NCBI GenBank assembly: GCA_902385255.1
Contig: CABMEV010000001.1
Location: forward strand, 50,496-82,495
Reading direction: 5' to 3'
From: Candidatus Tiddalikarchaeum anstoanum
Lineage (GTDB): Archaea > Nanobdellota > Nanobdellia > Tiddalikarchaeales > Tiddalikarchaeaceae
DNA length: 32,000 nucleotides
Shown here: positions 1 to 8,746 of the stretch, in pieces
Position numbering within the stretch: the stretch's first letter is position 1
Layout: the number at the start of each line of letters is the position of its first letter
Notes under the pieces: generated by a model
The model's input: the letters and a program-made list of their open reading frames with translations, nothing else
The model's database searches: none
Told to the model about the DNA's origin: nothing
Program-made: the position numbers and the translations under genes

Positions 1-344
1 TTGGAGATTCCGAGTATTATCTCGTTATTTTTCATGAGCGCTATTTATGTTGCGAATAAAGGGAGATTTCTCATATAATTCTTTGTTCCGTCAACGGGGT
101 CAATAATCCATTTATACTCAGATTCGGATTTAGTTCTTCCTAATTCTTCTCATATGAATCCGTGTTCCGGGAAAGTTTTCTTTATAGTTTCTATTAATAT
201 TTTTTCAGCTTCTATTTCAGCAAGGGTTACCGGCGACTTGTCTTCTTTTAAATCAGCGCTAGTTTTGCCATAATACTTCATGATTAATTTTTCTGCCTTT
301 TTGACTGCGAGGAGTCCGACTTTCAAGAATTCGCTTTTTGGCAT
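1..344 (-). pseudogene. Inositol monophosphatase family gene, N-terminal portion, interrupted by two in-frame stops; continues past window start
   Basis: Minus-strand translation reads ...TFPEHGFI*EELGRTKSESEYKWIIDPVDGTKNYMRNLPLFAT*IALMKNNEIILGIS; DPVDGT and G-EE-type motifs of the IMPase fold are kept. Stops: TGA at 150-152, TAA at 45-47, same frame. Confidence 0.8.
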
Positions 345-390
345 AAAACTATCTGATAATTAAATAGAATAAAAACTTTTAGCTTTATTT

Positions 391-1035
391 TTATATGAAT
401 TTAAAATCAAAATATTTTAGTTCATTTTCGTCGTTCTTGTATTTCTTGCTTAGTTCCAAGGCTGAAGATAGTAATATTTTCTCTCCTTCGGTTAATATCT
501 TATCATGTTCAATAATCCATCCTTTGAAGAATGATTCGAACAGGAAAGACTGTATATTCTCAATTAGTGTTGTGTCGCCGTAGTAATCCTTAAGCACGAT
601 ATGTGTGTTTTTCATGAGTGTGTAAGCATCTCTGAATGAAACTGGTGCGTATTTAGAATACTCCCAGTCAATAACTCTTATTTCAGTTAAGTCTTGGTTT
701 AATATTATGTTGCTTGCTTCGAAATCATTATGTTGTACTCCTATCTTGTTAAAGAAACAGCAGACGGAGCCTATTTTTTCATATATGTTTAATAAATTTT
801 TTACGTCTTTGGGTTCGAATTCGTCATATTTTAGAAGAGACATTATTTCACTATTATGTTCAAGTATCTTGTTTAGTCTGTATCCATTAATATGTTCGGT
901 GTATACTTTGCCTTGCCTGAACGTTAATATCCTAGGTATAACTCTTTTTTCGCTTAAGTAAGCTAAGTGGGGTATCTTGTTCTCGTTTTCAATTTTCAAA
1001 TAAGGAACTATTAACTCCTCTAATATTCCATCCAT
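391..1035 (-). CDS. Aminoglycoside phosphotransferase/protein-kinase-like fold protein
   Basis: ORF 214 aa; catalytic-loop-like QHNDFEASNIIL and metal-binding-like VIDWEYSKYAPVSFRDAY. Confidence 0.6.
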   Translation of the reverse strand: MDGILEELIVPYLKIENENKIPHLAYLSEKRVIPRILTFRQGKVYTEHINGYRLNKILEHNSEIMSLLKYDEFEPKDVKNLLNIYEKIGSVCCFFNKIGVQHNDFEASNIILNQDLTEIRVIDWEYSKYAPVSFRDAYTLMKNTHIVLKDYYGDTTLIENIQSFLFESFFKGWIIEHDKILTEGEKILLSSALELSKKYKNDENELKYFDFKFI

Positions 1036-1135
1036 AATTTCCCTATTTTAATTGGATTAACGCCCTTATAAAACTTATTAATTAGTTAGACTAAATAGGA
1101 ATTTTTTTAAGTAAAAAAACTTTGAGTTCATTGAT

Positions 1136-1489
1136 GTGATGAATACTCCAAGAAATAGTATAAATCTTAATTATAGGAGTTCTTATAGTCTTATCCTAAC
1201 TGATGAATGCATTTCAGATTTGTTATGCGAATATTTGAAAGAGACTTTGCCAAAATATTTTAATAAGAATTTTACACTGTTAAGTGTTAAGAATAATCCT
1301 TTGATGAAAGGGCTGGTTGACAAGGACTTGGCTGATTTCTGCTATGATTATAACGGTGTGTTAATAACTGCCGATAAAGGTTTTTTTAACAAATATCTAG
1401 GTTATAAAATATTTTATTACGATGGATTATCATGGCGAAAGATAGTGCAAAAAACAGTCAAATATTTAACAATTAATTCTTTAAATTAA
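1136..1489 (+). CDS. DUF5615-like PIN-family putative nuclease (start probably ATG at 1139)
   Basis: ILTDECISDLLCEYL...KGLVDKDLADFCYDYNGVLITADKGF: N-terminal acidic residue plus D..L..F....G.LITADKGF pattern of PIN-like toxins. Confidence 0.55.
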   Translation: MMNTPRNSINLNYRSSYSLILTDECISDLLCEYLKETLPKYFNKNFTLLSVKNNPLMKGLVDKDLADFCYDYNGVLITADKGFFNKYLGYKIFYYDGLSWRKIVQKTVKYLTINSLN

Positions 1490-1511
1490 AATCTTAAAAA
1501 AAGTTATCAAA

Positions 1512-1799
1512 TTATGCAGTTCTCTTTATCACGTGGTATCCGAACTGGGTTTTTACTGGCGCCTGAGTTATCTCCCCATTTTTCAGCTTTAACACTGCAG
1601 CTTCAAACTCTGGAACCATGTCGCCGTCATTGAAAACTCCCAAGTCACCGCCCTTCGCTTTGCTTGGGCAGATGGAATATTTCTGGGCAAGAAGTTCGAA
1701 CGCGTTAGGCTCTGTTGGGTGCTTCTTTAAATAATCAATTATAGCCTTAGCTGTCGCTTCATCCTTAACAAGTATATGGCTTGCTTTCATAATAGTCAT
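1512..1799 (-). CDS. Parvulin-type peptidyl-prolyl cis-trans isomerase (PpiC-like)
   Basis: 95 aa; [41 protein letters not shown] motifs. Confidence 0.93.
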   Translation of the reverse strand: MTIMKASHILVKDEATAKAIIDYLKKHPTEPNAFELLAQKYSICPSKAKGGDLGVFNDGDMVPEFEAAVLKLKNGEITQAPVKTQFGYHVIKRTA

Positions 1800-1899
1800 A
1801 ATGAAAGAAAAATAAATCCGTAAATGTTTAAAAAATTATAGATTAGCTAGAAAACTTTATAACCAGCATATTCTAGATAATATTTCATGGACGAAACCT

Positions 1900-2691
1900 G
1901 TGGTCGCATTCCTATCCGACAATAAATCTTATTTAACTGACTTGTTAGACAATTATTCTGGTAAAAAATTCATTATCAAAATAGGAACGGAATCAGTGAA
2001 TAACATTAATATAGCCCGTTTATGCGACGTTACCAAATACGTAAACGAGAGAGGCGGAAGAACAATCATAGTCACATCAGGAGCAAAAGCAGCAGGTGAA
2101 ACAAGCCTAATCAAGCACGGAATAGATATAGAAAAAGAGGCATCTGAAGAGATAATACGAAAACAATTATGCTGCGCAGTAGGCCAGCCTTCGCTAATCT
2201 CAAAATACTCAGTAATGCTTGAAGAGTTCGGATACGTAGTAAGCCAGTATCTTCTCCCAAGCAACTTATCATACCTGCCTGCATTAAAGTTTAACCTGAA
2301 ATTTAAGAATATAATACCTGTCCTTAATTTTAACGACCCGTTGGAGAACTTGGAATTAGAAAATGTGAAATTACTCTCGGACAATGACCGGCTGGCAGCG
2401 ACTGTAGGCGCAGTAATTAATTGCGACTTGTTAATATTACTCACGAGTGTTGGAGGACTGTTCGAACATTACAATGAAAAAAATCAAACCCTTGTGAACA
2501 TGATTCATTACATGGATGCTAAACTCTTAGTTACAGACAGTAAGACTAATAACGGCACAGGCGGAATGGCGTCGAAAATAGAAGCATGCGAGATATTCAA
2601 AAAAGACGTGCTCATAACAAGCCCTGAAAACTTATTAGACGTGTTAAAATTTAACAGCGACAAGTACACCATACTAAGATATAAGAAATGA
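1900..2691 (+). CDS. proB: Glutamate 5-kinase-like amino acid kinase (GTG start)
   Basis: KFIIKIGTESV, IVTSGAKAAG, CAVGQPSLISKY, LLPSNLSYL, LLSDNDRLAATVGAVINCDLLILLTSVGGL, GTGGMASKIEA. Confidence 0.8.
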   Translation: MVAFLSDNKSYLTDLLDNYSGKKFIIKIGTESVNNINIARLCDVTKYVNERGGRTIIVTSGAKAAGETSLIKHGIDIEKEASEEIIRKQLCCAVGQPSLISKYSVMLEEFGYVVSQYLLPSNLSYLPALKFNLKFKNIIPVLNFNDPLENLELENVKLLSDNDRLAATVGAVINCDLLILLTSVGGLFEHYNEKNQTLVNMIHYMDAKLLVTDSKTNNGTGGMASKIEACEIFKKDVLITSPENLLDVLKFNSDKYTILRYKK

Positions 2692-2749
2692 ATAATAAAA
2701 AAAATATTAATAAAAAATTTTCTTATTAGATAAGAACTAATTTCAGACT

Positions 2750-3094
2750 TTATTCTTCTGAGTCTTCACTGTCTTCTTCTAAATCTTCTGATTCTTCACT
2801 TTCGAACTCGTCTTCTTTAGGTTTCTCTTTCTTCTCTGTTTTTTCGAATGATTTTTTAGGTGCGAAAGATTCTCTTGGTCCTGATCCTGAACTGCCTTTG
2901 TTCTTTAAATAACATTCTTTACAGTAAACAGGTGCTCCTTCTCTAGGTTTGAAAGGTACTTCTGCATCTTTTCCGCAAGCTGTACATTTTACTTTGTGCA
3001 TTTCTCTTGGTCCGCCGAAGCTTCTTCTACCGCCAAAGCCGCCGCTTCTACCGCCGCCGCCAAAACTCTTTCGTTCTCTTCCTTCGTAAGGCAT
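2750..3094 (-). CDS. Zinc-ribbon protein (CxxC-x(n)-CxxC) with Gly/Arg-rich N-terminus and acidic C-terminus
   Basis: HKVKCTACGKDAEVPFKPREGAPVYCKECYLK, flanked by GGGGRSGGFGGRRSFGG and an acidic EDEFESEESEDLEEDSEDSEE tail. Confidence 0.8.
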   Translation of the reverse strand: MPYEGRERKSFGGGGRSGGFGGRRSFGGPREMHKVKCTACGKDAEVPFKPREGAPVYCKECYLKNKGSSGSGPRESFAPKKSFEKTEKKEKPKEDEFESEESEDLEEDSEDSEE

Positions 3095-3199
3095 AACTAA
3101 ACTTTAACCCCCTTTAAATAAAAAGATACTATCAAGTCATTTATAAAACCTGCTATTCAATAATATTAATAAATATACAACGCCTTAAAACGCATAATT

Positions 3200-4474
3200 A
3201 TGAGATATGAAGACTTCATAAACTTAAAATACACCCCTAAAAGTGACGATTTAATCTGTTTATTCAGAATAACACCAACTAATGAGTTTACCTTGAAAGA
3301 AGCAGCGATACGCGTCGCCGCAGAATCAAGCAATGGCACATGGAGCGACTTGAAAGTCCCGGAGCATATTTACGAATTAAGCGCTAAAGCTTATGAAATC
3401 AAAAAAGACTTTGTCAAAATCGCATACCCAGTAGACTTGTTCGAACAAGGAAACATGCCGCAGATTTTGTCATCAATAGCCGGAAACATATTCGGAATGA
3501 AAGCAGTATCAGGCCTCAGGCTTGAAGATGTGAAATTCCCGGAGAAAATTATAAGGAGTTTTAAAGGACCGCAGTACGGCATCGACGGAGTACGTAAAAT
3601 ATTAAAAATAAAAAACAGGCCTATAACTATTACTGTTCCAAAACCAAAAGTAGGATATTATCCTGAAGAGCATGCCAAGATAGCATATGAAGCGTGGACT
3701 GGAGGAGTAGACTTGCTAAAAGATGACGAGAACTTGTCAGACCAGTCATTCAACAGGTTTGAGAAAAGACTAAAACTTTGCATGAAGATGAGGGAAAAAG
3801 CCGAGAAGGAAACGGGCGAAAAAAAAAGCTATCTGATTAATATCACTTCCGAAACTAATGAGATGATAAGGCGCGCCAAAATGGTCAAAGATTATGGCAA
3901 CGAGTATATAATGATAGATACTTTAACTGCAGGCTGGGCAGCAACCCAGACAGTAAGGGACGCTTGCCAGGATTTAAAACTAGCCATGCACGGCCACAGA
4001 GCATTTCATTCAGCATTTGACAGGAACCCTCTTCATGGTTTAAGCATGAAAGTGGTAACCAGCGTTGCAAGGATGCAGGGAATAGACCAGCTGCATATTG
4101 GAGGAATGGGAAAACTTGCAGGCGATGAGGAAGAGGTTGAATCAAATTTTGAAAAGTGCTAATTAGATTCGAACGCTGAAAATGAAACAATGCTGCCGCA
4201 GGAATGGTTCGGCAAGAAGAAGATGCTAAGCATATGCTCAGGAGGGCTTCATGTCGGAATATTAAAACCAGTATTCGACCTCCTTGGAACTAATATTGGA
4301 GTTCAGATAGGAGGAGGCATACACAGCCACCCTGATGGGACTCACGCAGGAGCAATGGCAGTCAGGCAAGCAATCGATGCTTACATGAAAGATATTGCTA
4401 TAGAAGAATACGCGGAGAAGAATAAGGAGCTCAAAAGAGCATTAGACAAGTGGGGAACAAAAGTATACGAATAA
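3200..4474 (+). pseudogene. rbcL: Form III-like RuBisCO large subunit, interrupted by an in-frame TAA at 4160-4162
   Basis: Two track ORFs (3200-4162, 4190-4474) in the same frame. ITVPKPKVG, GGVDLLKDDEN (carbamylated-Lys region), MHGHRAFHSAFDR, IGGMGKLAGDEEEV (loop 6), CSGGLHVG, QIGGGIHSHPDGT all present. Confidence 0.9.
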
Positions 4475-4479
4475 AATTT

Positions 4480-5169
4480 TTAGATGTATTTTAATACATC
4501 ACTTATCTTATTCAATTCATAATCCGCTTTTTCTTTACCTTTTATGAACTGCCCATACTTTGCAAGGGCAGTTTTCATTCCTATCTTTTTCCCGCCCTTA
4601 ATATCCCTGTTTGGATTATCGCCAACGAATAATATTTCACAAGGTTTGATATGCAGTGTATTAACAACTTTCTTGAAAGGAATAAGATTAGGCTTCCTGT
4701 GGCGCGTATCTTCGAAAGTGATTACGCAGTCGAAATAGTCAACTATTCCAAGATTAGTCAGCCTCACCCAAGCCTTCACTTTAGGAGTATCAGTTAACAC
4801 TCCGAGCTTTATGCCTTTTTTCTTAAGCGCTTTCAAAGTCTTAACGACTCCATTGTAAGGCTTTACGACAAAATACCTTATCTGCCTATACGCTACGATT
4901 GCAGCGCCGAGTATCTTATAATCAACTACGCCGTTTACGTGTTTTAAGAACGCCTGAAAAATAGTCTTGCTCTCGTAAAAACTTTTCCTATAAATCTTCA
5001 TCAGAATGTCATAAGCATCCTCGCTGTCCATCTCTAAACCTGCCTTAATCATAGCTTTAATAGCTGCATTTACGCAAGCAGTTTTTATCTTAACATAATC
5101 AGTCAAAGTATTGTCTATATCAAAAAGGACAGCGCGTATCATACTATTTATTAAAATACAAATTAACAT
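4480..5169 (-). CDS. HAD-superfamily hydrolase (probable start ATG near 5142)
   Basis: MIRAVLFDIDNTLTD, LGVLTDTP, RKPNLIPF, ILFVGDNPNRDIKGGKKIGMKTA: HAD motifs I to IV. Confidence 0.9.
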   Translation of the reverse strand: MLICILINSMIRAVLFDIDNTLTDYVKIKTACVNAAIKAMIKAGLEMDSEDAYDILMKIYRKSFYESKTIFQAFLKHVNGVVDYKILGAAIVAYRQIRYFVVKPYNGVVKTLKALKKKGIKLGVLTDTPKVKAWVRLTNLGIVDYFDCVITFEDTRHRKPNLIPFKKVVNTLHIKPCEILFVGDNPNRDIKGGKKIGMKTALAKYGQFIKGKEKADYELNKISDVLKYI

Positions 5170-5179
5170 TAAGAATATT

Positions 5180-5773
5180 ATGATTAATCCAAAAAGGTTC
5201 GAGCAGATAAAGAACCAATTAGAAAAGAAGTATCCTTTGTTTGAATTTTTAGGAACGGGAATGCGAAGCGAGGTTTACAGATTAAACAAAAATCTTGTTG
5301 TTAAGATTGAACGTGACGATACTGATTCAAAAGACAGGATTAAAAACGAATACGACACCCTGAACATTTTAAAGAAGTATAAGTATTTTCCGAAACCATT
5401 TGACTATAATCCGAAGCTCAAGTATTTGATAAGAGATTACGTGGGCGGCGATTTGATAAAGGATGTCTTTGATAAAGAGATTTTCATAAACTGCTTAAAA
5501 TTGTGCAGGTGCCTTGACACTGAAGGGATTAACCAGTCCGAATTAAACAATCCTTACAAGCACATATTTATTGCAAAAGATAAGATTATGATGATAGATT
5601 TCGAGAGGGCAAGAAAGATGAAGAACCCGCATAACGTTTCACAATTCATAGCTTACATAATGAAAAAATACAGAATAAAGGATGACATCCTGATAAACTT
5701 GGTTAAGGAGTATAAGAAAAAATATGATGAGGCTAGTTTTAAGCGCATACTAGAACGAATTACTTCTTTTTAA
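5180..5773 (+). CDS. Protein-kinase-fold protein (RIO/Bud32-like), ATG at 5180
   Basis: LGTGMRSEVYRLNKNLVVKIER glycine loop and Lys; later MIDFERARKM metal-binding motif. Track ORF begins 5111; the in-frame ATG at 5180 is more natural. Confidence 0.7.
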   Translation: MINPKRFEQIKNQLEKKYPLFEFLGTGMRSEVYRLNKNLVVKIERDDTDSKDRIKNEYDTLNILKKYKYFPKPFDYNPKLKYLIRDYVGGDLIKDVFDKEIFINCLKLCRCLDTEGINQSELNNPYKHIFIAKDKIMMIDFERARKMKNPHNVSQFIAYIMKKYRIKDDILINLVKEYKKKYDEASFKRILERITSF

Positions 5774-6023
5774 TTTCATCATTATTCTTGATACGTATAC
5801 CATACATTGAGAAGTACGCATATCCTGCGATTAATCCTGCAATGTAAGCTATTAAGGCTTCAAGTATTATCCAGAACAGGAATATGTACTTGTAAGTAAT
5901 AACGCTTAAAGAGCCGGCGAATAATGACAAGAAAACCAGTATTACTGATATGAACCCGACTAGTTCCGCCTTTATGTTAACATTCTTATTTATCCAATTT
6001 ACTATTTTTTTCCCAAAAACCAT
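5760..6023 (-). CDS. Small membrane protein, unknown function
   Basis: 87-aa ORF with two hydrophobic segments. Confidence 0.55.
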   Translation of the reverse strand: MVFGKKIVNWINKNVNIKAELVGFISVILVFLSLFAGSLSVITYKYIFLFWIILEALIAYIAGLIAGYAYFSMYGIRIKNNDEIKKK

Positions 6024-6094
6024 AAAAAGTACTAGATGCCTGTTATTTATAAAAATTGAGTAGGTTTAAAAATAATCATACTTTTCTTTAAATT

Positions 6095-7093
6095 GTGGAA
6101 AATAAAAAAACAGTGTTCTCGATATTCACTCTAATTCTGGGTATACTGCTTTTTATAATAACAGGCAGGTTCATCATCATAATACTGACTAGTATTTTCA
6201 TAAGTTTCCTAATCAGGCCGTTGTATAAATTAGTCAAAAAAGCAATCAAAAACAGCACCATAAGCGCAGTAGTGTCCGAACTATTAACACTATCCTTAAT
6301 ATTTTACATAACCTTCTTCGTATTCAACAGTGTATATTATCAGATAAAACTCCTTGGTTCATCATTCATAACTGAGACATTATTCAACGTTAACGAGTCA
6401 TTGTTTAATAACTCTGCAAATCTGGATTTTAACAACTTATTAACACTTGAAACTTTTAACAACTCGCTTAGTTTCCTGCAAAGTGTAATAACCAATACGC
6501 CACTCCTCATACTTGACATCTTCCTAATCATCTTCCTGTCTTATTATTTCATAAAAGACTCTGAATTAATCCAGGATACTATTCTTAACATGATTCCAGC
6601 CAGGCATAAAGAGCCGATAATACGATTTTTAAAAAGGTCAAAGAGCATCAGTGAAGAAATACTTTACAGTTACTTCCTAACTGCATTATTCGTCGGATTA
6701 TTATTGTTCATACTGTTAAACATGCTGAACGTTCATTTCTCGCTTGACTATGCAATCTTTGCAGCTATCGCTTCGTTGTTCCCGATTATAGGCACGTGGA
6801 TAGTGCCTGTCTTTTTGGCAATTTATTTCTTTTTCAGAAGCAATTACTTTGTCGGAGTTATATTATTGATTTACGCAGTCCTCATAGTGTACATAACTAA
6901 TGTTTTCAGGTTTATTATTAAACGAACGCATGAAAAAGTCCACCCTTTGCTTTTCATAATGGGTGTATTCGTCGGATTTTATTCGCTGGGCTTTCTCGGA
7001 TTCCTGACTGGCCCTATAATTTTTGGAATACTGCAAATAGGATTTGAAGAAGTTTTCAGGGAATACCTTAAAAATGCCAAGAAAAAGCCTTAG
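6095..7093 (+). CDS. AI-2E/PerM-family transporter-like membrane protein
   Basis: 332 aa, multiple TM segments, IFLSYYFIKDSELIQDTILNMIPARHKEPI, YFLTALFVGLLLFILLNMLNV, LFPIIGTWIVPVFLAIYFF, GFLGFLTGPIIFG. Confidence 0.85.
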   Translation: MENKKTVFSIFTLILGILLFIITGRFIIIILTSIFISFLIRPLYKLVKKAIKNSTISAVVSELLTLSLIFYITFFVFNSVYYQIKLLGSSFITETLFNVNESLFNNSANLDFNNLLTLETFNNSLSFLQSVITNTPLLILDIFLIIFLSYYFIKDSELIQDTILNMIPARHKEPIIRFLKRSKSISEEILYSYFLTALFVGLLLFILLNMLNVHFSLDYAIFAAIASLFPIIGTWIVPVFLAIYFFFRSNYFVGVILLIYAVLIVYITNVFRFIIKRTHEKVHPLLFIMGVFVGFYSLGFLGFLTGPIIFGILQIGFEEVFREYLKNAKKKP

Positions 7094-7135
7094 AAAGGTT
7101 TAAATAAGAGGTCATACATATCTATTCTTTTTATT

Positions 7136-7303
7136 ATGAAGTGCGATATTTGCAAGAAAGGTAAAAGAAAAGTTTACAAGTGCAAGGAATGCAACCAGTT
7201 ATTTTGTGACGAGTGCGGGGACGCTAAACAACCAATGTGCGAGTTCTGTATAAAGTTCCAGGAAAATCAAAAATATACGGAAGAAATACCTCAACAAGAA
7301 TAA
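7136..7303 (+). CDS. 55-aa Cys-rich zinc-finger protein (not in supplied ORF track)
   Basis: Own translation: MKCDICKKGKRKVYKCKECNQLFCDECGDAKQPMCEFCIKFQENQKYTEEIPQQE; eight Cys in CxxC-type pairs. Confidence 0.7.
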   Translation: MKCDICKKGKRKVYKCKECNQLFCDECGDAKQPMCEFCIKFQENQKYTEEIPQQE

Positions 7304-7336
7304 AATATATAAAAGACGCATATGTATTAAATTCTT

Positions 7337-7576
7337 ATGACTAGTGGACCTACTTCAAAAGGATGGATTGTTAGATTAATTCTTGGTTTGATTATTTTTA
7401 CACTCATAGTAAGTGTTAAAATGATAATAATGGCTAATTTGGAGAGATTAGGATTTTCTTTCTTTGACGCAAATGCCATTAGAACAACTTGGAACAGCTT
7501 CAGCTTAGAGTTAGTATTCTATCTGATCGCAATGCTTATAAGTATGATTTCAGCGTTGTTAATAAACATTAAGTGA
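7337..7576 (+). CDS. Small membrane protein
   Basis: 79 aa, two hydrophobic helices; ATG preceded by a TATA-like AT-rich region. Confidence 0.6.
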   Translation: MTSGPTSKGWIVRLILGLIIFTLIVSVKMIIMANLERLGFSFFDANAIRTTWNSFSLELVFYLIAMLISMISALLINIK

Positions 7577-7589
7577 ATGTTTTAATAAA

Positions 7590-7769
7590 ATGAAGAATAT
7601 CCTTGTATTAATCGGGGCTGTAATATTCATAGGCCAGGTGATGGTATGGTTTGTACTATCTTCGCTGCCTATAGTCAGAACACTGCCCTTAATCGTATTC
7701 GCACCATTAACGGGGTTGTCACTATTATTCTTTATTAGTGCTTCAACTCCACCCAATCTTAACAGATAA
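7590..7769 (+). CDS. 59-aa membrane protein (not in supplied ORF track)
   Basis: Own translation: MKNILVLIGAVIFIGQVMVWFVLSSLPIVRTLPLIVFAPLTGLSLLFFISASTPPNLNR; follows 7337-7576 directly. Confidence 0.5.
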   Translation: MKNILVLIGAVIFIGQVMVWFVLSSLPIVRTLPLIVFAPLTGLSLLFFISASTPPNLNR

Positions 7770-8312
7770 CATTTTCTTTTTAACAAGATTTATTTCTGCA
7801 ATTATTTCTTTCTTTCTTCTTTCATTATTAGCCTCTGATAATGGTTTAGAACAGTTTATGCATAAGAAATTATTATTAACTGCTTTTTCAAAATTAAGTA
7901 TGTTTCTGCACGTGCTGCACTCATATGTTTGTTCCGGTGTTTCTAAACAGTCAAGTTCGTCATATAATGATTTAATATAATTGTTGTAGTTCTTGATGGA
8001 CATGTTAAGCAGGTCGTCAACATGCAGGCTCCACTCGCTGTCATGGTTGTTAAAACGGGAGTTTAACACTTTCTCGCACTTAATGTATCCTTTATTGTAA
8101 AGGTCATATATTGTGTTCTTTGATAATGAATCATTGCAGAATGAGACATCGTTGAGAAAGAAGGATAACTTTTTTTTATCCAACTCTATCTCTGCCGAGT
8201 TTCCTTTAACCAGGAAATTATATTTCTGGCTGCATTTTTCACATGAGAATTTGAAGTCTTCTAAGTCAATTTTTAATACAAGAGGGGTTTTACATTTTAA
8301 GCAAGTGACCAT
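7743..8312 (-). CDS. Protein with two zinc ribbons, unknown function
   Basis: CLKCKTPLVLKIDLEDFKFSCEKC near N-terminus and CSTCRNILNFEKAVNNNFLCINC further on. Confidence 0.65.
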   Translation of the reverse strand: MVTCLKCKTPLVLKIDLEDFKFSCEKCSQKYNFLVKGNSAEIELDKKKLSFFLNDVSFCNDSLSKNTIYDLYNKGYIKCEKVLNSRFNNHDSEWSLHVDDLLNMSIKNYNNYIKSLYDELDCLETPEQTYECSTCRNILNFEKAVNNNFLCINCSKPLSEANNERRKKEIIAEINLVKKKMLSVKIGWS

Positions 8313-8361
8313 ATTAATTTACTTCTAGTCCAAGTTAAGAAAAAAATCTCTTTAAATACTT

Positions 8362-8559
8362 TTAGTCCTTGAAGAACGCGTTTCTCACTGAATTCTTTAT
8401 CATTTTAAGCAGGAAATGCCAAAGCATGCTTAGTGTTAAAGGGAAAAGAATGTCTTTAATCAATGCAAATCCTATGACTGCAACTATTATCGCGATTATT
8501 GATATTATAAGCATGGTATAAAAGAATTTTGTATTATTCACTTTTTTTTTAAAGAACAT
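8362..8559 (-). CDS. Small membrane protein
   Basis: 65-aa ORF with a hydrophobic central segment. Confidence 0.35.
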   Translation of the reverse strand: MFFKKKVNNTKFFYTMLIISIIAIIVAVIGFALIKDILFPLTLSMLWHFLLKMIKNSVRNAFFKD

Positions 8560-8746
8560 AACAATATAATGTTGCTGGATATTTATAAAATTATTCTATA
8601 GAAACTTTTTTAAACTTGAACATTTCTCTTTCAAATTCTAAGTTATCGCAGCCATTAACCATTTGGAAAGGGGGTATTTTATACCCCCAATCCATACTTT
8701 TTTTTTAAATAAGTTATTTAATTAGTGCTTTATTCTCTATTATTTT

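Noticed and set aside
395-961. Plus-strand ORFs 395-583 and 707-961
   Set aside because: Antisense to the kinase-like gene 391-1035, which has recognisable motifs; the plus-strand translations are low-complexity and Ser/Leu-rich.
1953-2444. 163-aa minus-strand ORF
   Set aside because: Lies wholly antisense to the proB-like gene with strong family motifs.
3391-4190. Minus-strand ORFs 3391-3582 and 3885-4190
   Set aside because: Antisense to RuBisCO; no recognisable protein features.
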